Assembly: GCA_963825135.1 (NCBI GenBank)
Contig: CAWGRW010000009.1
Location: forward strand, 1,888,001 to 1,952,000
Origin: an uncultured bacterium
Lineage (GTDB): Bacteria; Desulfobacterota_D; UBA1144; Nemesobacterales; UBA2774
Length of the DNA: 64,000 bases
Direction: 5' to 3'
Shown here: in pieces, positions 1 to 10,110 of the stretch
How the letters are laid out: every line of letters begins with the position of its first letter
How positions within the stretch are numbered: position 1 is the first letter of the stretch
Program-made: the position numbers and the translations under genes
The notes under the pieces: generated by a model
What the model saw: the letters and a program-made list of their open reading frames with translations, nothing else
The model's database searches: none
What the model was told of the DNA's origin: nothing

Positions 1-141
1 GTCTATAGTGTTAAAACCCAGCAGTTTCAGGATTCTCATCTGGAAAGCGAAAGCTCGTGGTGTAATGGAGCACGCCACAAATTCCGGGTGGACATGAGGT
101 GTGACCTGGTGGTACATCAGTATTGGTATAGCATTGTTCAT
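1..141 (-). CDS. Polysaccharide deacetylase (NodB/IcaB-like), N-terminal 47 aa; runs off the window start
   Basis: Not in the ORF track. Manual translation from ATG at 141 gives MNNAIPILMYHQVTPHVHPEFVACSITPRAFAFQMRILKLLGFNTID, with the PILMYH...F..QM..L...GF pattern typical of these deacetylases. Confidence 0.75.
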   Translation of the reverse strand, partial: MNNAIPILMYHQVTPHVHPEFVACSITPRAFAFQMRILKLLGFNTID

Positions 142-315
142 AGTTTATCTAGATAATTAACTGTTGTCGATAGCTAAATTCGGATATATCATTCGAAACT
201 GAGCTAAGTATTATAAATTTCTTCCTAATCTATGTTGTGTGGCCGGATTTGTTATAACCTTTTAACAGAATTATATTACCATTCCACTAAATTGATAATA
301 CGCTCCTATCCCTAA

Positions 316-1459
316 TTAGGATTGTCGAGTCTTCATACCTCTGAATATATTATATATTTTAACGGCCGTATTTTCGATCCGGCGATTCATGTTGTTTCGT
401 CGGATAACAATGTTTTGCATTTCATTGTAATCAGTCGATAAACTTTTCTTATAAGGATCGTCACCTTCAAGAAAGTCGTAGCAGCTCAGGCCGATCGCCG
501 CATAGTGTGTTATCGCATAATAGTGGCACACAATTCCGGGACTATAAGCATTGCTCGGGAGAAAATTGAACGCGCATTGATAACCAAGGGCCTTTCCATC
601 GTATATAAAATTATAAAGACATCCAATGATATGGTTACCGGACGATATTCTCATCAGCTGAATTTCTCCGTTATCGAAACGCGAGGAGATTAATTCTTTA
701 TGGAATTCAACGAAATATTTATTCGCAAAGACCCCGGTATAACCTCGCGCCGCCCATTCTTTCTGGTGGAGTGCAATCAATTCATCTAGAATGACTGATG
801 CTTCTTCTGCGTTTCCGGCAACGGTTATACGAATTTCCCCCATTTTCTCGTACTCCTTGATTGTACGACGAATTTGGTATCTTTTTTTCGGGCTGATCAT
901 GGATAAATAATCGTTATTGTTGCGCCGGACCTTAACCAAATCCACATTATATGATTTTAGATTTTTTACGGTCAAATCGTAGTCGTCACTTAAATCGTCT
1001 TTCATTATTAAATTTGGCTGATAAATCGGGGCGCACTTCGGCAGATAGAGCTCATCCCACTTAATCGGCATTAATTCGAGAAGCGAACCTAACGATATCT
1101 CTACTTCGGGGTCGATCAGTATAGCGTTATACTCGATACTTAATGAATCAATATCTGGAATCAGAGTTATAGTTGAGAGAGAGCCGCCTGATTTTGAAAA
1201 ATTTATGCCGGGTCAAAGTCTTACGGCCTACAAAAAAAGCTATAACTGGCAAGTCATTGCTAAAGCCGGCAATAAGTGTCAAACCGCAGTCTACCGGAAG
1301 GCTTTTTATCCATAGATCCCTCCAGGCCCATGACAGGTAATATGAATGATGGCATCTATTAACTAACGATGCCCAGATCTCTTTTACGCTATCATACTGG
1401 GTAAACGGATTGTATAATTTGAAAACAAGCTTATCTGTTCCGTTAGAATTGTTATTCAT
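316..1459 (-). pseudogene. CelD/BcsL-like GNAT acetyltransferase split by a +1 frameshift near 1170
   Basis: ORF 1148-1480 (W..L...HSYYLSWAW..LW) and ORF 316-1071 (K.RYQIRR, LIALHQKEW, YSPG, YDFLEGDDPYK) are the two halves of one family. The downstream frame stays open upstream through ITLIPDIDSLSIEYNAIL to the junction. Confidence 0.75.
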
Positions 1460-1754
1460 TGCAGAGCCAAAATGTAACAAAAGTTAAGAGTTTGAAGAAG
1501 ATGATGAATATTTATTCCTCATTATATTATTGCTACAGTTCAAGGTTTTTTCAAAGATTTATAATAATACACCTTAATTGCGAAAGATAATTCAAGCTTG
1601 AGTTGCTTATGCATTGGTATATTATTGGGTGTAGGGGAGACGGCTTAAAGCATATTATTACAACCACGGCCTTCCGAATACCGGGGGGCGAAATTATACT
1701 TTGGTTTATAGTTTTGAAAATCACAGCATCATCAAAAGGGCTCAGGGCTGAATA

Positions 1755-3377
1755 ATGTTAATGAATTTGTTATATAAGCACAAGTCATCCTTTACTTATC
1801 TTCTGCTAATTTTTGTAACATTTGTAGCTACAATTTCATTTCTTCCGCTTGATGTGAACGACCCAAATCCTGACTCGGGCATATTTCTATATATGGGACA
1901 GCAAATTCTTAAGGGCGGCACTCTATATCGGGACTTGTGGGATAACAAAGGACCAGTTCTTTACTATATCAATGCGTTAGCGCTGTTTATCAGCCCTGGT
2001 TCTATGTGGGGGCTGTATCTATATGAGTTTCTGTCATTGTTTATCGCTGTAACCTTGGGTTATCTGGTAATGAATAAAGCTTTCGGCAGAATCCCCGCTA
2101 TTGTTGCTTCAATAATATGGCCTTTATCCTTGTTTTATCTAAATAGTTTTGGCGGAGGGAATGTAACAGAGGAATACTCGCTGCCCCTGAGCTTTGCCGC
2201 TTTGTATTTCTATTTGCGTTCCAGGAACTCGAAATCCGGTCTCTTCTATATATTTCTTGTGGGGGTAACGTTCTCGCTATCATTTTTCTTAAGGCCTAAT
2301 AACACCGGAATGCAAGTTACCATTGCCTTGTTAATTTTTTTCTCTGGAATTATAACTCGCAGCTTTTACCTGCTTCTCAAGCAAATATTGGCTTATGCTC
2401 TGGGGACAATAGTCATTATTGCGGCAGTTCTGCTGTATTTCCATTGGATGAATGCACTCGGTGATTTTTACGATTCATTTATCAGATATAATTCCGTTTA
2501 TTCTACTACTACATTGGGGGACAGGATATCATCACTTCTTTTTGGATTGAGATTACTTTCACCGTCCGGTCTTCCGCTGATCGCGATAGCAGCATGGTTT
2601 ATAGCGGTCTTTACCGCTATAAACGGAACGAAGCTGGGGGAGAGCCAAAGGGTATTGATACTTGTATCAGTCATAGGGATACCGGTCGAGTTTCTTCTCT
2701 CCAGTATTTCAAGCTTGATGTTTGATCACTATTATATATGCTGGCTTCCGGTATTCGCGATATTAACCAGCTTCTTTCTCTATGGGCTGATCTCCAATTT
2801 CTCAGACTCGAGCATTATTTTCTGTAAGCGGCAAATCAGATTGAGTCATATATGGGTGTTGGGTTTGCTTGTGGCTATGTCCTGCTTGGCGATTGTGAAA
2901 ATCCCGGATCGTGTTGGGAAATTCATATCGACCAGCAGGCAGAGTAATGTGGTTGTCGAGGGGATCAGGGATAATTTGAAAGATGAGCAATATTTATTGA
3001 TGTGGGGCGCCGCGGCTTATTTTAACCTGGCTACCGGGATGAAGTCGCCTACTCGATATTTCCATCAGCTGCCGTTTTATGTCTGCGGTTATCGTACGGA
3101 AGAAATGATAGAAGAATTCCTGGATGATATAAAACAAAAAAAGCCATTAATCGTTGATACATCTTCTACTGATATATCTTTTGCGCCAATTGATAACAAT
3201 GAAAGGAAAAAATGGGAATATCGAAATTTAGCGGGACATAGAGATGAAAGTTGTAAGAATAGCCCAAAAATGGAAGAATTATTCGAATACATCAACTCCA
3301 GATATACTCCGGTATATACGTTTAAAAAAAATAAATGGAAAATCTATCAATTTGACGATAACAAGGGAAAATCCTGA
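1755..3377 (+). CDS. Multi-pass membrane glycosyltransferase, GT-C fold (ArnT/PMT-like)
   Basis: Many hydrophobic segments; first-loop DSGIFLYMG...LYRDLWDNKGP motif; TEEY motif; soluble C-terminal domain. Confidence 0.7.
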   Translation: MLMNLLYKHKSSFTYLLLIFVTFVATISFLPLDVNDPNPDSGIFLYMGQQILKGGTLYRDLWDNKGPVLYYINALALFISPGSMWGLYLYEFLSLFIAVTLGYLVMNKAFGRIPAIVASIIWPLSLFYLNSFGGGNVTEEYSLPLSFAALYFYLRSRNSKSGLFYIFLVGVTFSLSFFLRPNNTGMQVTIALLIFFSGIITRSFYLLLKQILAYALGTIVIIAAVLLYFHWMNALGDFYDSFIRYNSVYSTTTLGDRISSLLFGLRLLSPSGLPLIAIAAWFIAVFTAINGTKLGESQRVLILVSVIGIPVEFLLSSISSLMFDHYYICWLPVFAILTSFFLYGLISNFSDSSIIFCKRQIRLSHIWVLGLLVAMSCLAIVKIPDRVGKFISTSRQSNVVVEGIRDNLKDEQYLLMWGAAAYFNLATGMKSPTRYFHQLPFYVCGYRTEEMIEEFLDDIKQKKPLIVDTSSTDISFAPIDNNERKKWEYRNLAGHRDESCKNSPKMEELFEYINSRYTPVYTFKKNKWKIYQFDDNKGKS

Positions 3378-3494
3378 TTGAGCAATGAAGAAGCTCTTTA
3401 GAAAAGAGATTGCGATTCGACATCTCAATTGAATCCGCAGAAGATAAAAAACGAACATATGGACAATTTAGTGCTTAGACTTACATCAGACTGA

Positions 3495-4838
3495 GTGAGG
3501 TTAATGAGAATATTCAGATCCATTTTATATTCGGATATTACTTTATCAGTATTCTTAATTATCGCGTTACTGGTATATTCACTGCTTATAGAAAAAAAAT
3601 CACCTGGTCTCATTATTCTTTCTGTTATTTCTTTGTTGTTCGTCAATATCATATTCTGTCTTATCTCCATCAAGGGGATACAAAGGGGTCACGGCAAGTT
3701 AATATCGAAAATATGGATATCCATTTTATCACTTTTCATGTTTTATTTCATTCTGGACCTGACTAGCGGTTATTTTTTATTGCCGCGGCTGGATAATACC
3801 GAAGAACAAAAACTCCCTGATAAAGTCCTTCATCATAAGCTTGCTCATGATGCGACAATAAGCATGATTGCCCCCGATTACAACGCCACTATGAAGACTA
3901 ACAGTATGGGCTTCAGAGCAAGGAACACTCCAGAGAAAGATAATTCGGAGTATCGCATAGTAATGCTTGGGGATTCGTTTACGATGGGAGAAGGCGTCAG
4001 CTATGAAGATAGCTTTTCTAATCTGCTCGAGAACTATTTAAATAAGTCTTCTAAGAGAAAATATGACGTAATTGACTGTGGCGTCGAGAGCTATTCTCCC
4101 ATACTCGAATACCTCCAGCTGAAGGAGGATATCGGCATATTGAAACCGGATATGGTAATAATGAATTTCGACATGTCGGATGTGCTGAACGAGTATGTCT
4201 ACAGGAAAGAAGGAGTCCTTGGTAAAGATTCCGAGCCGATGTCCGTCAATGGATTTCAGGATTTCAATAAAGCGAGGGGAAGTGCTGTAACAAGAGCAGA
4301 AAACTGGGTTTACGGGAATCTTTTCATTACGAGTGCAATATCCGGACTTTTGCGCGAGCATATGGAAAAACCGCTGGATATAAAGAATGTCGATCTTGAA
4401 ACTGCGGTTATGAAGTCGAACAGATTGATGCTCTTACATACGCTCAAGGAACCCGAGTTTGAGGAATTCGGACTCATTATGTCAGAAATCGAGGATAGTA
4501 TCTTGAGGACGAAAAAGTTATGCGATGAACACGGCTCCCAGTTCATTTTATCCACCTATCCCTGGGGGCATCAGGTAAACGACCGTGAATGGATCCCCGG
4601 AAGATATGATTACATATCCAAATCGTCTCAGATCTCGGATAGGACTGTAAATGAATTAGAAAGGTTCTGTGTACAGAACAACATACCATTCTTTAACGCG
4701 TTCCCTTATTTCAGGAATTATAAAGGGGAGGAATTGCTCTACTTCCATCATGATATGCACTGGACGCCCGCGGGTCACAAGTTGATGGCCCGTTACCTCT
4801 ACGAAGCCCTGTCGGTTTACTTTCACAATAACGGATAG
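3495..4838 (+). CDS. Membrane-anchored SGNH/GDSL hydrolase-family protein (possible AlgJ/AlgX-like O-acetylation component)
   Basis: N-terminal TM helices, TNSMGFR, LGDSFTMG (catalytic Ser) and DMHWTPAGH (DxH). Confidence 0.75.
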   Translation: MRLMRIFRSILYSDITLSVFLIIALLVYSLLIEKKSPGLIILSVISLLFVNIIFCLISIKGIQRGHGKLISKIWISILSLFMFYFILDLTSGYFLLPRLDNTEEQKLPDKVLHHKLAHDATISMIAPDYNATMKTNSMGFRARNTPEKDNSEYRIVMLGDSFTMGEGVSYEDSFSNLLENYLNKSSKRKYDVIDCGVESYSPILEYLQLKEDIGILKPDMVIMNFDMSDVLNEYVYRKEGVLGKDSEPMSVNGFQDFNKARGSAVTRAENWVYGNLFITSAISGLLREHMEKPLDIKNVDLETAVMKSNRLMLLHTLKEPEFEEFGLIMSEIEDSILRTKKLCDEHGSQFILSTYPWGHQVNDREWIPGRYDYISKSSQISDRTVNELERFCVQNNIPFFNAFPYFRNYKGEELLYFHHDMHWTPAGHKLMARYLYEALSVYFHNNG

Positions 4839-4901
4839 AAAAAAGAGATGTTAGGCGCTGGATATGCATGGAATATGTGGAGATTACTGGTCTCAGCATG
4901 G

Positions 4902-6431
4902 TCAGTCTGTATTTGATCTCCTGTCTGAAAACTTGCATTTAGTTTTCTGAATCTGCCAAAATACATATGCCCCGAAGCATAGATAAACAACGTACAAAGG
5001 GATAAGAATAATCTGACCGTGCAAGTCTTTATCCAGTAAGCCCTTAAATGAGGACAATGAATAATCGAACAGGGAGAATTGGAATCCGTGCCCCTCTATG
5101 AACCGCGGTATAAGATAACTCGTAATGACATTTCCTGAATCAGGTTTTATATTTAACAATGAGACTGATGCATTTGCATGAAACATTGAGACCGACACGG
5201 ACATTAGAGATATTAAGAAGCTCACTAAAAATAAAGCCAGAAGCACTGCCTTGACCTTCATTCCGGATCGAAAAAAGAAGAGAGAAATGGGGAGGCAAAG
5301 GAAGGGTAGCATTGGGATTAAATAACGTGGCCCCGTAGACAAACCCCCGTCCCAGTAAGTAAATGCCGCGTTCCAGAGAAGAAAATAAAGAGATACCATA
5401 ATAATTACAACAGTAATATTTTTCATCCCTGGGGTCTTCCATAGACCATATAGTGCGAGTGGCGTAGACAAAATCAGCGGCGACAGCCAGAATAGACCCA
5501 TATTTTGAGCGAAGAGCAGTTTGAACATGACACCCAAGTTCGGGAATCCAATACCATAAAACCCTTCGCGATGTTTGGGAAAATTCAAGTTGTATTGGTA
5601 CAAGGATTCGAAGACATTACCTAGAATAACATAGTTGTATATTAACAGGGGTGATATGAATATGAATGCTCCGACCAATGCAGCAAGGAACACCCTGGTT
5701 AACCTCTGACGCTTCCATTCTCTCGCATTGTACAAACCGTAAATGCCAATAACAACCGAAGCCGGTGCAGAGGTAAGTTCTATTACCACCGCCCAAGAGA
5801 GAAGAGCCCCCGATATAAACCCTAATAGTGTATCTCGCCATTTATCTTGAGGTGAATCAAGCAAATAGAATATAGCAGTTAAACCCAAAAAGAGGCACCC
5901 CCCTGCTGAAACATGTGAAAAGAAAGCTGTTGCCCAGCCCCATGCCGGAGTAGCCAGACCGTATGAAAGTGCTCCGAACACTGCTCCACTGAGATCTGAT
6001 CCTAGCTTCAATGCCATGAAATAAATAGCGAGAGCTGTTAATATGGTAATCATTCCGGAAGTAGAGACCGTGCCAAAGTGACCGAGAATGCTATACGCAT
6101 CTGTAAGTTCGTCGTGATTTCCTATCCACCGAACGTTGGGAATAGTCGATCTCAAGAGAAATCTGGCAGCGGCGATGGATGGGATGGCCATAAATGTCAA
6201 ACCGGGGGCTTTATCCATATAGTATTTACCGTTATAAAACGCTATATCAACGGTGTAGGTGTGGAATTTATCTATGGTCAGCGCCCCGTTCTCGATTATT
6301 GAGAGGGCAAGGGCTATACGTGGTACGGAATTATCGTTCCTGACGTCCTGTTGGAAATAAAAGTAGGAGAAAAACAATAATATGACAATCGCTGCCGCTA
6401 TCCTATATTCAGCTCTGTGAACTTTTTTAAT
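4902..6431 (-). CDS. Multi-pass membrane protein, probable GT-C glycosyltransferase; start probably ATT at 6431 (ORF track starts at TTG 6377)
   Basis: Polytopic; YYMDKAPG loop and WDGGLSTGPRYL motifs seen in GT39-like membrane transferases. The frame is open upstream, with GGAG 7 nt before an in-frame ATT. Confidence 0.6.
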   Translation of the reverse strand: MKKVHRAEYRIAAAIVILLFFSYFYFQQDVRNDNSVPRIALALSIIENGALTIDKFHTYTVDIAFYNGKYYMDKAPGLTFMAIPSIAAARFLLRSTIPNVRWIGNHDELTDAYSILGHFGTVSTSGMITILTALAIYFMALKLGSDLSGAVFGALSYGLATPAWGWATAFFSHVSAGGCLFLGLTAIFYLLDSPQDKWRDTLLGFISGALLSWAVVIELTSAPASVVIGIYGLYNAREWKRQRLTRVFLAALVGAFIFISPLLIYNYVILGNVFESLYQYNLNFPKHREGFYGIGFPNLGVMFKLLFAQNMGLFWLSPLILSTPLALYGLWKTPGMKNITVVIIMVSLYFLLWNAAFTYWDGGLSTGPRYLIPMLPFLCLPISLFFFRSGMKVKAVLLALFLVSFLISLMSVSVSMFHANASVSLLNIKPDSGNVITSYLIPRFIEGHGFQFSLFDYSLSSFKGLLDKDLHGQIILIPLYVVYLCFGAYVFWQIQKTKCKFSDRRSNTD

Positions 6432-6600
6432 CGCCGATCTCCATTGAGGATTATTTGCATAATGTAATCATTTTCTCGCCGACGGTTTCTAGAACGATTA
6501 AATCGCCATTTCCAGAAATCACTATTCTTATATAGTGATCTTGTAAAAATTTTTAGTCAATGATATTAACATTTTTTCCATTCGACCTGTTTCCTATTAT

Positions 6601-6825
6601 CGGACTTCCCCCGGTTTAGTAGACATCTACCCACTTCAATGAGAAGCTCTTTCAAATTCATAGGAGCTAGCTGCCCCAGCGAGCTATGACGCATACTTGA
6701 GTTGTAGAAGACCTCGATATAATTAAAGACATCTGACCGGCCTTCATCTTCTTGTTTGGTAGATTCTACGTTTGATACGTTCCGTTTTTAGCTGCTGAAA
6801 AACGACTCCGCGGGTCGTTATAAGC
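6601..6825 (-). mobile_element. Degenerate IS3-family remnant: transposase C-terminus plus right terminal inverted repeat
   Basis: With frameshifts, the minus strand reads AESFFSS-KTERIKRRIYQTR-DEGRSDVFNYIEVFYNSSMRHSSLGQLAP, the IS3 OrfB C-terminal signature. It is followed by TGTCTACTAAACCGGGGGAAGTCC, an IS3-type end. Confidence 0.85.
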
Positions 6826-6936
6826 TATACTAATACATAAAATTCATTTCATGTGTAAAGCATCTAAAATACGTAAGATTGACAAATATCTCGTCTCAAT
6901 AGGGGAAAGATTAGTATGGTATTGAGGCAGAGGTGT

Positions 6937-7920
6937 TTAATTTGCTTGAGTATAGTCAAGATCCGCACCTTCGTGAATAGCGAGACCTATCTGTTCCTTT
7001 CTACCGCTACGACCGTTATACCAGAGATACCAGTTTTTATTATTTTGAATAACAAAAGGCTTATAGACCGCATCGTGGTCCCACGATCCATACATGCCAG
7101 GTTTAATAATAGGGTTTGCGGGGTTTCTTTTCCAATTGCTAACCCCATCCGGTGAATATGCAATACCTATCATAGCATGGTCTGTATCCCGAAAACCGAT
7201 ATAGAACATTACATAGTGGTCTTCAAGAAAGAGTACTTGACCTCCTGTAACCTTGTAACTATCCCATCCTGACCCATTCTCGGATGGCCGAAAGACGGGT
7301 TCGTGATTTTTGGTCCAATTAACTCCATCTGGGCTTGTTGCATGGCCAATTGCATCCGGCTCATACTGCTCCCCGCCAGAGTACCACATCATATATAAGT
7401 GCCTGTTTTCATTCCAGATAACGCTAGGACACATAACTGCGTCTTTCTCCCAGGGCAGCTCGGGGGTGACAACCGGTTTCTTGCTAACCCGAGTCCAGTT
7501 AACTCCGTCAGGGCTAGTTGCATAGCCAATAAATGAGTTTTTTTCAGTCTGTCCTGTATACCACATTTGATATTCGTTTGCACGTTTTAATACTACTGGA
7601 CGATTAACGCTCTCCGCCCATCCCGTAGCATGATCAGGTTCGAGTACTACCGTTGGTGAGCTCCAGTTAATGCCATCTTTGCTCTCAGTTAACGCTATAC
7701 TATCCTTCGGACGCCACGAAAACCACATTCGATATACATCACCTTCTTTAATCACAGAAACATCAAATACAGTACCTAATTTGCCTCCGAATACCGGATT
7801 CCTCTCAAATTTTCTCCAACCGCTGTTTTTTTCATGCGAACAAGACTGAATGAGAATAAAAGTAATGAGAATTATCGGGAGCAGAAGATAAACAAGATGT
7901 TTGATTTTAAGAGTCCTCAT
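6937..7920 (-). CDS. Five-bladed beta-propeller glycoside hydrolase (GH43/32/130-like), probable lipoprotein
   Basis: Repeated MWY.G...IG.A.S.DG.NW blades; N-terminal hydrophobic segment ending IQSC. Confidence 0.75.
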   Translation of the reverse strand: MRTLKIKHLVYLLLPIILITFILIQSCSHEKNSGWRKFERNPVFGGKLGTVFDVSVIKEGDVYRMWFSWRPKDSIALTESKDGINWSSPTVVLEPDHATGWAESVNRPVVLKRANEYQMWYTGQTEKNSFIGYATSPDGVNWTRVSKKPVVTPELPWEKDAVMCPSVIWNENRHLYMMWYSGGEQYEPDAIGHATSPDGVNWTKNHEPVFRPSENGSGWDSYKVTGGQVLFLEDHYVMFYIGFRDTDHAMIGIAYSPDGVSNWKRNPANPIIKPGMYGSWDHDAVYKPFVIQNNKNWYLWYNGRSGRKEQIGLAIHEGADLDYTQAN

Positions 7921-8103
7921 ACTTTAGAAACTCGCTACAATCATGGTGGTGCTTGTATAATTAGTATAGTATTATTCTTCCTGTGCGCTACCTCGACGTC
8001 AAACACGATTTAATAAATTAAAGCCTAAATCATATAACTGTAAATAGAAGATTAAAAATCGCATAGATGATAGCTTTAAATGCTCAATGAGCGTGTTACG
8101 TAA

Positions 8104-9720
8104 GTGATAAAAATAATAACTAATCGATCAATCTATGTATATCTGCTGTTTGCAGTTTTGATATTGATTAATGGAATACTATTTTACCCTAAGTTTGATC
8201 TTGAGCATAAACGAGACTCCGGCGTATTCTTATACATGGGCCAACAAATTCTTAACGGTAATATCCCTTACAGGGACGTTTGGGATCACAAAGGGCCTGT
8301 AATATATTATATCAATGCACTAGGTCTCTTTGTGAGCCAAGGTTCCGAATGGGGTGTAGTTTTTCTCGAGTTTCTTTCGCTGTTCAGTGCTATATCCCTA
8401 GGATATTTAGTTATGGGCAGATCATTCGGAAGAATACCCGCTTTTTTTGCATCCATATTATGGCTCTTTGGTTTGTTTTACTTATTTCGGGATGGAAATT
8501 TAACTGAAGAATATGGACTGCCTCTTAGCTTTGCCACATTGTTTTTTTTCTCACGGTTTATCAATTCTAATTTAAAGCCAATTTATGTTTTTGCTATTGG
8601 TGTTATCTTCTCGATATCATTTTTGTTAAGACCGAATAACATTGGAATGCAGATTGCGGTGATACTACTTATCTTTTTGTCTTATATTTCAGATAGACGA
8701 TTTTATGATTTTATAAAGCTAATTTCTGTTTTTGTTCTCGGTTTTTTTGTTATTACTATACCAGTATTACTCTACTTTCAATGGAATAATGCACTAACCG
8801 AACTTATTGACCAACTTTTTAGATACAATTCTATATATTCCAAGACTACTCTCAGGCATCAAATACACTCTTTTCTCGTCGGAACTACAATACTTTGGCC
8901 TTCGGGGCTTATCATAACTGCCTCGGTCGCATGGATTGTAGGGATTTTAAGTATTGAAAGAAAACTGAATTTGAAAGACATACAACAAGCTTTGACTTAC
9001 GTAGCGCTTATTGGCCTACCGGTTGAATTTATTTTATCTAGCATATCGGGTAGAGTTTATGATCATTACTATATATGTTGGCTACCAATACTGGCGATTT
9101 TAACTTGTTTATTTGCTTTTGGTATTATAAAAAACGTCTCTGACTCAAGAATTAAATTCCTCAAGCTCAATATTAACACTGGCCATATATGGATTTTTGC
9201 ATTTCTAGTCGTATTAACCGCCTATACGATTCCACAATATTATTACCGCTATGAGGAAATCACTCATTTAGATAATCAAGATTGGTCTCACGAAATATCA
9301 ATAATCAGGAAACATCTGAAAGGAGAAAGATATTTACTGATGTGGGGAGCCGAGACATCATTCAACTTTGTTACTCAAATGAAATCACCAACACGTTATA
9401 CATATCAGTTTCCTCTATATACTTGTGGTTATGCTACAAAAAAAATGATAGATGAGTTCCTAAACGATATTTCACAAAAAAAACCGTTAATAGTAGACGC
9501 ATCATCCAACGCTGATAATGGGTCAATTCCACCCATTGATCAGAATGAAAGGATGAAATGGAAATATGTTCCTTTTGCGGGATACAAATATGAGAATCAA
9601 GCTTGCTCGCTATCTCCTGAAATGGAAAAGGTATTTAAATTTATAAACTCGCATTACAAAGTGGTTGATGTAAGTAAGCAAAACGGATGGATTGTTTATA
9701 AATATATTAATGGTGTATAA
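8104..9720 (+). CDS. Multi-pass GT-C-type glycosyltransferase, paralogue of 1755-3377
   Basis: DSGVFLYMGQQIL, RDVWDHKGPV, GNLTEEY, LRPNN, DHYYICWLP and MKSPTRY motifs shared with 1755-3377. Confidence 0.7.
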   Translation: MIKIITNRSIYVYLLFAVLILINGILFYPKFDLEHKRDSGVFLYMGQQILNGNIPYRDVWDHKGPVIYYINALGLFVSQGSEWGVVFLEFLSLFSAISLGYLVMGRSFGRIPAFFASILWLFGLFYLFRDGNLTEEYGLPLSFATLFFFSRFINSNLKPIYVFAIGVIFSISFLLRPNNIGMQIAVILLIFLSYISDRRFYDFIKLISVFVLGFFVITIPVLLYFQWNNALTELIDQLFRYNSIYSKTTLRHQIHSFLVGTTILWPSGLIITASVAWIVGILSIERKLNLKDIQQALTYVALIGLPVEFILSSISGRVYDHYYICWLPILAILTCLFAFGIIKNVSDSRIKFLKLNINTGHIWIFAFLVVLTAYTIPQYYYRYEEITHLDNQDWSHEISIIRKHLKGERYLLMWGAETSFNFVTQMKSPTRYTYQFPLYTCGYATKKMIDEFLNDISQKKPLIVDASSNADNGSIPPIDQNERMKWKYVPFAGYKYENQACSLSPEMEKVFKFINSHYKVVDVSKQNGWIVYKYINGV

Positions 9721-10110
9721 GCATCCCAGCATGGTACACGATTTATAAGTTGACCTTCCCCCCGTGCTTTATTCAACGGCAGGATGTACTGCTCCCTTCT
9801 TGTCAAGCTCAGTTTAAGTTTGAATCATGTATAATTTAAGATGTCCTGATTCATCCTGACGACTTCGCGCAATGTGGTTCGAGGCCTCCTTTGTGCATTT
9901 ACCTTGTTCTTATTCCGTAAGTCTACAATTGCACAGTTACCTTTCTTTTTCGTAATGCAAGTCACACTATTCCCAAAACACACGCCGCAGCAGTAATTTA
10001 CAAATCATTAGAATGAGTTATAATTTGTATATTCCCTTATCTAATAGCGTTTTAGGTAGCAAAAGTTTATTATACTAGGTATTGATGCACAGACGATTTA
10101 GAAGGATCAT

